A stretch of 64,000 nt of DNA from an uncultured delta proteobacterium (lineage in GTDB: Bacteria > Desulfobacterota > Syntrophorhabdia > Syntrophorhabdales > WCHB1-27): the NCBI GenBank assembly GCA_963810935.1, contig CAWEPK010000003.1, forward strand, positions 1-64,000, given 5' to 3'. The first letter of the stretch is position 1; each line of letters starts with the position of its first letter. Of the stretch, positions 37,650-47,548 are shown one piece after another. The notes beneath the pieces were generated by a model. It saw only the letters and a list, made by a program, of their open reading frames with translations. It did not search any database and was not told the DNA's origin. The position numbers were made by a program, and so were the translations under genes.

Positions 37650-38126
37650 CTACACCTCCTCAAAGCTCTTTTTCAGTTCCGAGGCAATGGCCCTCTGGCG
37701 CGACCGCACGGCATCGGCCTCGTCGACGTAGACGATGGCCTGGGTGGGGCAGAAGGCTACGCATTCCGGCTCTCCCCCGCACAGGTCGCACTTGACGATG
37801 CGCCGCTTCGCGGTCTCGTAAACGACCGCGCCGAAGGGGCAGGCAAGCGCGCACATACGGCAGCCGATGCATTTTGCCTCGTCCCAGCCAACGAGGCCGA
37901 GGGCGCGGTCTTCGTGCATTGCCGTGGTAGGGCAGACCCCAACGCATGGTGCGTCCTCGCACTGCTGGCAGGTGGTGGGCACGGAAAAACCATCCGGCTC
38001 CCACGAAGCGACGTGGATGCGCGCCGTGTGGGGACGGAATTCTCTGTCATGGAAGAAAGAGCACGAAAGCTCACAGTTACGGCAGCCGGTGCACCGGTCC
38101 GGATAGATCATCAGCATTTTACTCAT
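37650..38126 (-). CDS. 4Fe-4S dicluster protein (AorA/DmsB-like)
   Basis: CTGCRNCELSC, CQQC..PC..VCP, CIGCRMC..ACP and KCDLC...PEC...CP. Confidence 0.9.
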   Translation of the reverse strand: MSKMLMIYPDRCTGCRNCELSCSFFHDREFRPHTARIHVASWEPDGFSVPTTCQQCEDAPCVGVCPTTAMHEDRALGLVGWDEAKCIGCRMCALACPFGAVVYETAKRRIVKCDLCGGEPECVAFCPTQAIVYVDEADAVRSRQRAIASELKKSFEEV

Positions 38127-38499
38127 TGCATGCCTCCCTAAGATAGAAGACTATCCGCGCATACCGGGGCCGCGCCGAAGGTACTTATTTGCGAACGGCC
38201 CCATATGCCTCTTTCCAAAGCATATACGCGCGGTTAGGCGACTTCAATATGTCTTATTTGACATAAATAGAGTGTTTTTTGCGGCTGGACTCGGACCTCC
38301 TGATTTAAGGATGCAAGGCGCACCGAACGTTCGTCGTCCTCGCTGCAAGGAGTAACAGTGTTTCTCTCGCCTCAGCTTTCCCTACACTATTACGAGTGGC
38401 AATCGATGAGGCTTGTAGTTTCCAAAGCAATCAGCTAATATTTACGGCTATTGTACACAATCCTCGACACGCTGACACAGGTTACGGAGGGTCCGGAGC

Positions 38500-41400
38500 A
38501 TGTTGGGCAGATTTCGTTCATGGTCCATAAGCACACATTTAATAACTTTGATAGCTTTCCTGGCAGTCCCCTCCATTAGCCTCATTATCTACTCGGGAAT
38601 AGCCGCGCGCAGGACGGCGATAGACGATGCCGGCGGGGAATGCCTGACACTAGCGGGCAATATTGCGGGTCAGCAGCAGTCCATGGTTGCAGGCGCGGAA
38701 CAACTAGGGGCCGCGCTCTCTGCTCTTCCCCAGGTGCAATCTCGAAACCCCGTCGCCGTCAATGCCCTTTTCTCCGAGCTTTTAAGAAAGAATCCTCAAT
38801 ATGCCAATATCGCCATCTGCGACAAATCGGGCCTGGTCTGGGCATCGGCGCTCCCCGAGGGGGAAAGGGTATCGGTGGCCGACCGGAGGTTCGTTCGGGA
38901 AGCGTTCCGCACGGGGATGTTTTCTTCCGGTGAATACATCGTAGGCCGAATATTGAAAAAACCTGCCATCAGTTTTGGATATCCCGTGAAGGACGTGGCT
39001 AATGAGGTGACAGCAGTAATAGGAATTGTCCTCAACCTGGAATACGCCCAGGGGATGTTCGATAAGCTCGACCTCCCTTCCGGAGCGTCGTACGCCCTTC
39101 TCGACCACCAGGGGGTCATTCTCACCAGAAATATAAATGATCCCCTTACAAAGGGCCTTGTCGGACAGCGTGACACTGTGAAAGAGCTGTTCACAGGCAT
39201 GAAGGCTCCGCCCGAAGAGACAACTTTTCAGGCCATGGGGAACGAGGGGAAGTTCAAGCTGGGCGCCTACAGGAGGATTCGCCTGCCGCATGAGGCGGAG
39301 CCCTATATGTATGTCCGTGCCAGCATACCTCTTTCCTCCGCCGTCGCCGCTGCAAACGCGGCCATGTTCCGCAACCTGGCAACCTTCGTGTCCTTGTTCC
39401 TCACCGGGTTGTTTCTGGCCTGGTTCATCGGGAAGCGCGTCATAGTGAACCCCTTGATGATGTTAAAGGGGGCAGCCGGGCAGTTGGCCGCCGGTGCGGA
39501 TACGGTCAATGTGGCTTCCGTTGTGACAGGCGGCGAACTCGGAGAGTGGCTCGCGCATTCGACGATATGGCTGAGACTTTGATTCAGGAAAAGACCGCCC
39601 TTCGGACAAGCGAGGAGCGTTGGTCCACCACCCTCGCCAGCATAGGGGATGCAGTCATTGCAGCCGATGTTGAAGGAAAGATCACATTCATGAACGCCGT
39701 TGCTGAAGGGCTGACCGGCTGGACTCTCAAAGAAGCCGGAGCGAAACCAGTGACGGAGATATTCAACATCATCAACGAGCAGACCCGTGATCAGGTTGAG
39801 AACCCTGTCATAAAGGTGCTCCGGGAAGGCGTGATCGTCGGTCTTGCGAACCATACGGTCCTCATTAGGAAAGACGGATCGGAGGTCCCCATAGACGACA
39901 GCGGCGCTCCCATAAGAGATGAGGTCGGTAACACCAGCGGGGTGGTACTCATTTTCCGCGATATCACCGAGCGTAAACTGGCCGAAGAGGAGCTTCGTCA
40001 AAGCGAAAAGCGGTATCGGGAACTCTTCGAGACGATGTACGAAGGTTTCATCCTCGGGGAAGTTATAACAGACGAGCAGGGCAGAGCGGTGGATCACCGA
40101 TATCTCGATATCAATCCTCGTGCGGAGCAGCAATTCTTTAAGCGTCCTAGAGAGGAGATTGTTGGCAGTACATATAGAACGGTTGGAGGGGCACGGGCGG
40201 CTGATGAGTGGGCAGAACTGCTCGGTAATGTCGCAATAACTGGCGAGCCTGTATCTGTAGAGCGTTATGCGCCCGTAGGCGATCAGTGGATACACTTGGC
40301 TGCATACTCCCCCCGGATCGGGCAGTTTGCCGCAGTCTTCGAGAATATCACCGAGCGCAAGCAGGCCGAAGAGGCGGTTCAAACAACTCTAAAGCGCCTC
40401 TACACCGTTCTTGCGAGCATGTATGGCGGTCTCTTACTTGTAACGGACGAGAGCCGAGTTGAGTTCGCCAATCAGGCGATTTGCGACTATTTCGATTTGA
40501 GCGAGTCACCCGCAGACCTTGTGGGGCTTACCTCATCCGAAATCTTTGCAAAAATCACTGAAGCCTATTTGCACCCTGATGAAGCGACTGCCCGCGTCAA
40601 GGAAATAGTGGATCGAGGACAACCCGTAGCAAACGAAGAAGTGGCCATGCACAACGGGCGCGAACTCCTACGGGATTTTATCCCCATACGTGTAAACGGA
40701 AAATCGTCTGGCCGGTTGTGGTACCACACAGACATCACCGAACGCAAGGCTATGGAGGAGGCATTACAAAAGGCCCACGACGATCTTGAACAACGAGTGA
40801 TCGAGAGAACTGAGCAGCTCGTTAATAGCGAAAAGGAGTTTCGCTTACTTGCCGAGGCCATGCCCCAAATTGTCTGGATTACCAGAGCGGACGGCTGGAA
40901 CATCTATTTCAACCAGCAGTGGGTGGACTACACGGGACTAACGCTTGAAGAAAGCTACGGTCATGGCTGGAACACACCGTTCCATCCCGATGACAGGCAA
41001 CGCGCCTGGGACGCCTGGCAGAATGCGGTAACGAACAACGGCACTTATTCTCTTGAATGCCGTTTGCGGGCAGCGGATGGGACATATCGCTGGTGGCTGG
41101 CCCGTGGCGTGCCTATTGTGAACGAGGAAGGAGAGACTACGAAGTGGTTTGGTACCTGCACCGATATTGAGGAGCTTAAGAGAGTTGAGGCTCAGCTCCG
41201 CCAGGCGCAGAAAATGGAGGCCCTTGGCACGCTCGCGGGAGGCATCGCCCACGACTTCAACAATATCCTCGCCGCCATCATCGGGTTCACTGAGCTTGTG
41301 GAGGACCACGTCCCTAAAGCGAGCCGGGAGGCACATCACCTGAAGAGGGTCCTGGAGTCTTCCTTGCGAGGCAGGAACCTGGTGCGGCAGATGCTCACCT

Positions 41401-42332
41401 TCAGCAGAAAGGGAGAGCAAGAGAAGAAACCCATGAGTTTGAGCAGCCTCGTCAAGGAGACTGTCAAGCTCATTCGGGCGACCACGCCGACGACGATCAG
41501 CATCAAGGTCAGCACCGGAAGCGAATCGGGTATAATCCTCGCAGACCCTACACAGATGCAGCAGGTCGTCATGAACCTCTGCACCAATGCTGCGCACGCC
41601 ATGCGGGAGAAGGGCGGGACCCTCGACATAAGATTGAACAATTACAACGTCTCTCCATCGGATGGATACCCCCACGGGATCAACCCCGGCCTTTATACGA
41701 GGTTGACCGTCAGTGATACCGGCACCGGCATGTCCTCCGACATCCTCGATAAGATATTCGACCCCTTCTTTACCACGAAGAAATTGGGAGAGGGCACGGG
41801 TCTCGGCCTTTCCGTTGTCCACGGTATCGTGAAGCAATCCAACGGGCATATTACCGTATACAGTGAGCCGGGCAGAGGGTCCGCATTCACCCTGTATTTC
41901 CCTCAGATCACAGACACGGGAGAGCAGGAAGCCTATGCAGCTACTGACGACGAGATTCCCACCGGCTCCGAGCGCATCCTCTTCGTCGATGACGAAGAAG
42001 CTATCGTGGAAATGGGCGAAGACATCCTCGCGGAGCTTGGCTACGACGTGACGTCCCGGGTGAGCAGCAGGGAGGCCCTTGCGCCCTTCAAGCTCGACCC
42101 ATCCCAATTCGATCTTGTCATTACCGACCAGACCATGCCCGAAATGACGGGCGTTGAACTTGCGAAAGAGATCCTCGCTCTCAGGGTGGACATGCCTATC
42201 ATCATGTGCACGGGTTTCAGCTATGTAGTCAATGAGGACAAGGCCAAGGCGGCAGGCATCAAAGCCTTTGCCATGAAGCCCCTAACGAAAAGGGAGATCG
42301 CCCAGACGATCAGAAAAGTACTCGACCAGTAA
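38500..42332 (+). CDS. Hybrid sensor kinase (Cache-HAMP-multi-PAS-HisKA-HATPase-REC), split by a 1-nt frameshift at ~39546
   Basis: HAMP GELGE|VARAFDDM spans the two ORFs; GIAHDFNNIL, FFTTK..GEGTGLGL and REC VDDE/TDQTMP. Confidence 0.88.
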
Positions 42333-42635
42333 GCCCGGTTGCACCTTCCGACTGGTAATCGGTCGTATTCTTCAAATCTCGATTCCGATCAGTTGTAGGT
42401 GAAGGCAACAATCTATGTATGCACTTCCTTAATGTAAATTTCAAAACACATTGAATACTTTTGCGCAATTTGAAGTAAAGAATGACGAGCGCCTCGTTGG
42501 AAGTAAAACGCGTCGGATTCCGTCAGTCTTTAGCCCTCGGTGCACATCCACGTCTAATCGATTTCTTGAGGCGCTCATCCGCCCGTTATTGCCGCAGAGA
42601 TGTCTTTGGAGGACGAGGAACGCGCCGGGCAAGAA

Positions 42636-42761
42636 GCGGCTGCGTATAAAGATGCAGATTTGGTGAAGCGCAAGCCCGAGGAACGGAGGCGTACTCTTTG
42701 TGTACGTCGGAGTCCCGCAGGGCGCGGCGCTACGCCAAAGATGCGCTTTATACGCAGCCGC
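42636..42761. repeat. 126-bp palindromic MITE-like element
   Basis: 16-bp perfect terminal inverted repeat GCGGCTGCGTATAAAG/CTTTATACGCAGCCGC with further internal pairing. Confidence 0.7.
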
Positions 42762-42767
42762 CCACCC

Positions 42768-43997
42768 CTACTCCATTACGGTATAGGCCGACTCGCGGTG
42801 CTGGCTCAGGTCCAGCCCCACAATCTCTTCCTTCAAGGGCACGCGGACGTCGGTGAAGAGATCGACTGCCTTATAGATGATGTAGGTGGCGACCAGGCTG
42901 TAAGCCGCGACTGCGCCAGTTGCCAGGAGCTGGACAAGGAACTGCCGGCTGTTGCCGAAGAACAGGCCGTCAGCCCCTGCCGCGTTGATCGCCTTCGAGG
43001 CAAATAGGCCCGTAACCAGCATGCCGATGATGCCGCCTATGCCGTGCACGCCGAATGCGTCGAGGGAGTCGTCGTAGCCGAGCTTCGGCTTAATCAGGCT
43101 GACGCAGATAAAGCATATTATGCTCGCGATGAGCCCTATGATTATCGCGGGGAAGGTGCCCACGAAGCCGGAGGCCGCCGTGATCGTGGCAAGGCCCGCG
43201 ATCGAGCCGGTTATCGTGCCGAACATGGTGGGCTTGCCCGTGAAGAGCCATTCGAGAACGGCCCACGTCAGCCCTGCGGTCGCAGCGCCTATGTGCGTGA
43301 CTACCAGGGCATGGACCGCAAGGCCGTTCGCGGCCAGCGCGCTGCCTGCGTTGAACCCGAACCAACCGAACCAGAGCAGCGCTCCGCCCAGCACGGTGAA
43401 GGGCAGGTTGTGCGGGGGAACGGGCCTGTTCTTATATCCGGTGCGCCGGCCGATGACCAGGGCCGTAACGAGGGCGGCGATGCCCGCATTGATGTGGACG
43501 ACGCTGCCTCCCGCGAAATCAATCACGCCCATCTCTTTCAGCCATCCCCCCACGCCCCATACCCAGTGGCAAACGGGGTCGTAAACGAAAGTCGCCCAGA
43601 GGACGGTGAAGATAAGAAAAGCGGAGAACTTCATGCGCTCGGCGAACGCGCCGATGATGAGGGCAGGCGTGATGATCGCAAACATGGCCTGGAAGATCAT
43701 GAAAGCCTCATGCGGAATAGTCGGCGCGTAGTCGGCGTAAGGGGCTGCGCCGACGCCCGCGAGACCGGCCCACGCAAGGCTGCCTATGAACTTATTGCCC
43801 GGTGCGAACGAAAGGCTGTAACCGAAGAAGACCCACTGGAGCGTAAGAATACAAAGGACTACGAAGCACTGCATGAGGACGCCGAGTATGTTCTTGCGCC
43901 GCACCATCCCGCCATAAAAAAAGGCAAGCCCTGGCGTCATGAGCATCACGAGCCCGGTAGAGATCAACACCCACGCGGTATCACCTGCGCTTATCAT
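42768..43997 (-). CDS. amtB: Ammonium transporter (amt2)
   Basis: Same Amt motifs as amt1, with both pore His residues (VVHIN, FGVHG). Confidence 0.95.
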   Translation of the reverse strand: MISAGDTAWVLISTGLVMLMTPGLAFFYGGMVRRKNILGVLMQCFVVLCILTLQWVFFGYSLSFAPGNKFIGSLAWAGLAGVGAAPYADYAPTIPHEAFMIFQAMFAIITPALIIGAFAERMKFSAFLIFTVLWATFVYDPVCHWVWGVGGWLKEMGVIDFAGGSVVHINAGIAALVTALVIGRRTGYKNRPVPPHNLPFTVLGGALLWFGWFGFNAGSALAANGLAVHALVVTHIGAATAGLTWAVLEWLFTGKPTMFGTITGSIAGLATITAASGFVGTFPAIIIGLIASIICFICVSLIKPKLGYDDSLDAFGVHGIGGIIGMLVTGLFASKAINAAGADGLFFGNSRQFLVQLLATGAVAAYSLVATYIIYKAVDLFTDVRVPLKEEIVGLDLSQHRESAYTVME

Positions 43998-44082
43998 TCC
44001 TCTCCTCCCTGGAGTTATCTATGCGGCGACCGCGCCTGCTTGCTTGCGCGGCAACGCCCTTTCGAAAGGCCTTCAGGTGCGC

Positions 44083-44138
44083 AAAAAAGGCTTTCCCTTA
44101 CCGGTAACCTCAATGTTTCCTCGACACGCCAATGTGTC
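44083..44138 (-). promoter_or_regulatory. ANTAR-type attenuator of amt2
   Basis: GACAC-ATTGGC-GTGTC, then AAC-ATTGAG-GTT overlapping imperfect stem AGGTT..AGCCT-TTTTT. Confidence 0.65.
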
Positions 44139-44168
44139 AGATTGCGCTTTGGAAGGACTTCCGCCTTT

Positions 44169-44198
44169 TACAAGTCGAAAAGGTGCGTTGATGGTAAC
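44169..44198 (-). promoter_or_regulatory. Candidate alternative-sigma promoter GTTACCA-N16-ACTTGTA (amt2)
   Basis: Exact match; about 20 nt downstream of the sigma gene stop. Confidence 0.72.
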
Positions 44199-44217
44199 TC
44201 GGGGGGGTGCGGCTCGT

Positions 44218-44859
44218 TTAGTTCCGGCAGCCTGCGGTGAGGCGCCTGCTGCCTTTGCGGCCGGCTGCGCGCCCGTTGAGCCTCTCGTATTTTGCCCTTA
44301 TCTTATTGCGGATCTTCACGACGCTGACATGGGAGATGCCCAGTTTCTGCCCTATTTCCCTCGTGGTCAGGCCTTCGAGGCAGAAAAAAAGGACGTCCCG
44401 TTCCCTCTGGCTCGTGCCGGACCCCGTCATCGCCTCAACCTCCAGTATGGTCTCCACCTGGTCGCACGACGGGCGGCCCTCCGCAATGAGCATCTCTTCG
44501 AGGTGCGGCCCGTCCTCTTCCATTATGCGGTTGAGGCTCAAAAGCGTGGTGGGGTCATGCGCTTTCCTTATGTAGTTCTTGAGGTGGAAATAGCAGCCCT
44601 GGAGTATATAACTGTCCGTCTTGTCTTCCAGGTTGCCCGCCAGGAAATCGCACCACAGGTGGATCAGGGCCTCCTGAAGAAGGTCCTGGTCGTCCATGAA
44701 GGAGAAATGGCCGTTCAGCTTGCGGGCAATCCTGCGGAGCGTGGGCGAGAGCTTATCGACGAGGGACTCAAAGGAGAAGTAGCCGGTCCTCGTGCGGACC
44801 TTCTGCGTTCCGGCCGTGTTGTCTACGCTTACAAGATGTCTGCTCGCCATTTCTTCCAT
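44218..44859 (-). CDS. Alternative sigma-70-family factor (regions 2+4; ECF/SigH-like)
   Basis: Region 2 DDQDLLQEALIHLW...NYIRK; region 4 SQRERDVL...EGLTTREIGQKLGISHVSV. Confidence 0.85.
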   Translation of the reverse strand: MEEMASRHLVSVDNTAGTQKVRTRTGYFSFESLVDKLSPTLRRIARKLNGHFSFMDDQDLLQEALIHLWCDFLAGNLEDKTDSYILQGCYFHLKNYIRKAHDPTTLLSLNRIMEEDGPHLEEMLIAEGRPSCDQVETILEVEAMTGSGTSQRERDVLFFCLEGLTTREIGQKLGISHVSVVKIRNKIRAKYERLNGRAAGRKGSRRLTAGCRN

Positions 44860-44876
44860 CCTATGCCCCTCAAACG

Positions 44877-44971
44877 AAAAAAGGCGTCCGAACCCTTTTT
44901 AAGGTTCAGGACGCCTGAGTCCTCTGATTGTCTTTTGCCTACGCAGGCAACGGGAAAGACTTCAATGTCTT
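44877..44971 (-). promoter_or_regulatory. ANTAR-type attenuator of the sigma gene
   Basis: AAGAC-ATTGAA-GTCTT; AGGAC-TCAGGC-GTCCT overlapping terminator AGGCGTCCTGAACC..GGTTCGGACGCC-TTTTTT. Confidence 0.72.
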
Positions 44972-44980
44972 CTTTTCAGT

Positions 44981-45009
44981 AGTATCCTACAAAAACGTAT
45001 CCCTGTCAA
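44981..45009 (-). promoter_or_regulatory. Sigma-70 promoter of the sigma gene
   Basis: TTGACA-17nt-GATACT immediately upstream of the first hairpin. Confidence 0.6.
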
Positions 45010-45080
45010 GCTTGATCGGACGGTAAAACGCGTTTTTTTCTTAGGGGTTGTAAGAGGAGGGCGGTTCGCCGGCTGCTTTT

Positions 45081-46304
45081 CTAACGTCTTATGTCCGCTG
45101 CCACGATGATCGCGTCAGCCACTTCCCTCATGCTCTTTCTTAAGTCCATGCTCTTTTTGTGGATCTTCTTGTACGCCTCGTCCTCTCCGATGCCCATCTC
45201 CTTCATCAGCACGCCCTTGGCCCTCTCTACGACCTTCCTCGTCTCCAGGGCCTCTTTCGCCGACAGTATCTCCTGGTCGAGGCGCGTGTTCTCGATCGCC
45301 ACGGCCGCCTGGTTGGCGATGGCCTGCATGATGTCGATCTCCTCCCTGGAGAAGTTGTGCTGCTTCTGCATGTAGCTGTTTATGACGCCGATGACCCTGT
45401 CCTTAATCATCATCGGCACCGCTATCATGGAGACGACGCCCTCTTTCTTTGCGACGTGCGGGTACATATAGCCCGGCTCTTTCGTAACGTCGGCAACAGT
45501 GATGGGCCGTTTTTCGAGCACCACCCTGCCTGCACTCGATTGGCCCACCTTCAGGTTCGGCTTGTTGATGTATTCCTGGCTGAGGCTCTGCGTTGCCGCA
45601 ATGACAAGCTCCTGCTTCTTTTCGTCGAGGAGCATGATCGAGCAGATCTTCGTGCCCATCACCTGGGCGGTCATGGTCACGATAAGCTGGAGTATCTCTT
45701 TCAGGTAGTAATCGGAGACGATGGTGCGGCTTACCTCCGACAGGAGGTCGAGCTGCTTGGCTTTCCTGTTGATCTCTTCGTAGACGACCGCGTTCTCGAT
45801 GGCGCTCCCCAGGTACTTCGAGATCGTGAAGAGCAGGTTTACCTGGTCCTCGGGATACTCGTACTCTTTTTTGTGGTGCAGGTTCATAACGCCCGTGATC
45901 TTGTCCTTCGCAAGGATGGGGACCGCCAGAAACGCCTCGTACTTGTCTTCGGCCAGCGCGGTGAAGCTCTTGAACCTCGGGTCCTTGTACGCCTGGCGCG
46001 CGAGCGCGACGGGCTTCTTTTCCTTTGCGGCCCAGCCGGTCACGCCTTCGCCCAGCTTAAGCTTGATCGCACCCACGACCTTGCTGTGGCCCGTGCCCGC
46101 GGCGCGGAGCGTCAGTTCGTCGTTCTGCTCGCTATAAAGATAGATAAGGCACGAGTCTGCGCCGGTCAGGCCGACCACCATATCGACGATATGGGCGAGA
46201 AGCTCGTTCAGCTCCAGGTTGCTGCTGATATGCTGGGCCACCTGGTGTAAGATGGCCATCTCCTGTTCTTTCGCGCTCTGTTTCCGCCCTGCTTTGGTCG
46301 CCAT
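45081..46304 (-). CDS. GAF-GAF-ANTAR RNA-binding antiterminator
   Basis: Two GAF domains (GEGVTGW..LAVPI; MIAVPM..VIGVI); C-terminal LETRKVVERAKGVLM...EDEAY..I.KKSM..RKSM.EVA. Confidence 0.92.
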   Translation of the reverse strand: MATKAGRKQSAKEQEMAILHQVAQHISSNLELNELLAHIVDMVVGLTGADSCLIYLYSEQNDELTLRAAGTGHSKVVGAIKLKLGEGVTGWAAKEKKPVALARQAYKDPRFKSFTALAEDKYEAFLAVPILAKDKITGVMNLHHKKEYEYPEDQVNLLFTISKYLGSAIENAVVYEEINRKAKQLDLLSEVSRTIVSDYYLKEILQLIVTMTAQVMGTKICSIMLLDEKKQELVIAATQSLSQEYINKPNLKVGQSSAGRVVLEKRPITVADVTKEPGYMYPHVAKKEGVVSMIAVPMMIKDRVIGVINSYMQKQHNFSREEIDIMQAIANQAAVAIENTRLDQEILSAKEALETRKVVERAKGVLMKEMGIGEDEAYKKIHKKSMDLRKSMREVADAIIVAADIRR

Positions 46305-46342
46305 TGGTGCTCCGTACGAGAATAAGCCCGGAATAAGAGTCT

Positions 46343-46371
46343 ATCTTATTGTATCGCACCCCCTTTGTCAA
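46343..46371 (-). promoter_or_regulatory. Sigma-70 promoter of the ANTAR gene
   Basis: TTGACA-17nt-TAAGAT. Confidence 0.55.
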
Positions 46372-46473
46372 CCTTGCCCTGCCTTGCGTTTCAGCCGCTC
46401 CCGGCTCGCGAATAAAATCTATTTCCCATAGAGATTGTTATGTGATAGAAAGATGTGCGAGGTAAATCCGGAA

Positions 46474-47505
46474 ATGGTTGGCAGACAGAACGAGATGGAC
46501 CGGCTGCTCCAGGCCCTGCGCGACCCCGACTGGGAGAAGCGCTTCAAGGCCGCCGAGGGGCTCGGCAAGCTGAAGAGGGCTAGGGCAGTGCGGCCGCTTA
46601 TCGAGGCGCTCAAGGACGAAGAGGAATACGTCCGGGAGGGGGCCGCCTGGGCCCTGGGCGAGATAGGCCACAAGATGGCGGTCGAGCACCTGACGGAAAC
46701 GCTCGCAGACAAGGACAGGTACGTGCGGGAGGGGGCCGTGACCGCCCTCGGTAAGATAAAAGACCCGGGTGTCGTCGCTCCGCTCGCGGGCTCGTTGAAA
46801 AACCCGGAAGAATCGATGAGGCGGGCCGCCGAAGAGGCCCTGGGAGGGCTCGGGCCCGCCGCACTCGGAGAGATTGCCGGTCTGCTGACGGATGCGGACT
46901 GGGATATCAGGTGGAGGGTCACGCACATAATGGGGCGCATCAAGGACGGCTCGGTCGTCCCCGCCCTGTGCGCAAGCCTGAAGGACGAGAACAAATACGT
47001 GCGGGAAGGGGCGGCGGCGGCGCTCGGCGAGATAGGGGACAAAAAGGCCGTGCCGGCGCTGGTCGAGGCCCTGGGCGACCAGAATAAATACGTGCGCGAA
47101 GAGGTCGTGAACGCCCTGGGCGAGCTGGGCGACAAAAGGGCGGTTGATGCCCTCATGGGCGCCCTCGACGATGCGGACTGGGGCGTCCGGTGGGGCGCAA
47201 CGAACGCCCTTGGCGAGATAAGGGACAAAAAGGCGATTGATGCACTCATCCTCCGCCTGAAAGACGAAGCGCGATACGTCCGCGAGGGCGCGGCGCTCGC
47301 CCTCTCCAGGATAGGCAGGGCGGCGGTCCCGACGCTCATCGAATCCCTCAGGGACAAAGACCGCAACATAAGGCGCTGGGCCGCCTGGACCCTGGGTAAG
47401 ATCAAGGACGAGAGGGCCGCCAGGCACCTCATAGGGGCGCTCAACGACGAGGACGGGGGAGTGCAGTTCGCCGCAGAAGTCGCCCTCGCCGAGATGGAAG
47501 AGTAA
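46474..47505 (+). CDS. HEAT (PBS lyase-like) repeat protein; start uncertain
   Basis: About 31-aa repeats of the form L.D....VREGAA.ALGEIGD..AV..L. Confidence 0.88.
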   Translation: MVGRQNEMDRLLQALRDPDWEKRFKAAEGLGKLKRARAVRPLIEALKDEEEYVREGAAWALGEIGHKMAVEHLTETLADKDRYVREGAVTALGKIKDPGVVAPLAGSLKNPEESMRRAAEEALGGLGPAALGEIAGLLTDADWDIRWRVTHIMGRIKDGSVVPALCASLKDENKYVREGAAAALGEIGDKKAVPALVEALGDQNKYVREEVVNALGELGDKRAVDALMGALDDADWGVRWGATNALGEIRDKKAIDALILRLKDEARYVREGAALALSRIGRAAVPTLIESLRDKDRNIRRWAAWTLGKIKDERAARHLIGALNDEDGGVQFAAEVALAEMEE

Positions 47506-47548
47506 CCGTAGCGCAATCTACGAAAAAGGAATATCTTAAGGTAAGACC

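Noticed and set aside
38240..38253. GAC-ATATTGAA-GTC hairpin upstream of the AOR operon as an ANTAR site
   Set aside because: It has an 8-nt loop, no second hairpin and no terminator
46474..47505. Nucleotide repeats as a CRISPR or tandem array
   Set aside because: Explained by in-frame HEAT protein repeats; no CRISPR array, tRNA or rRNA was recognised in the window
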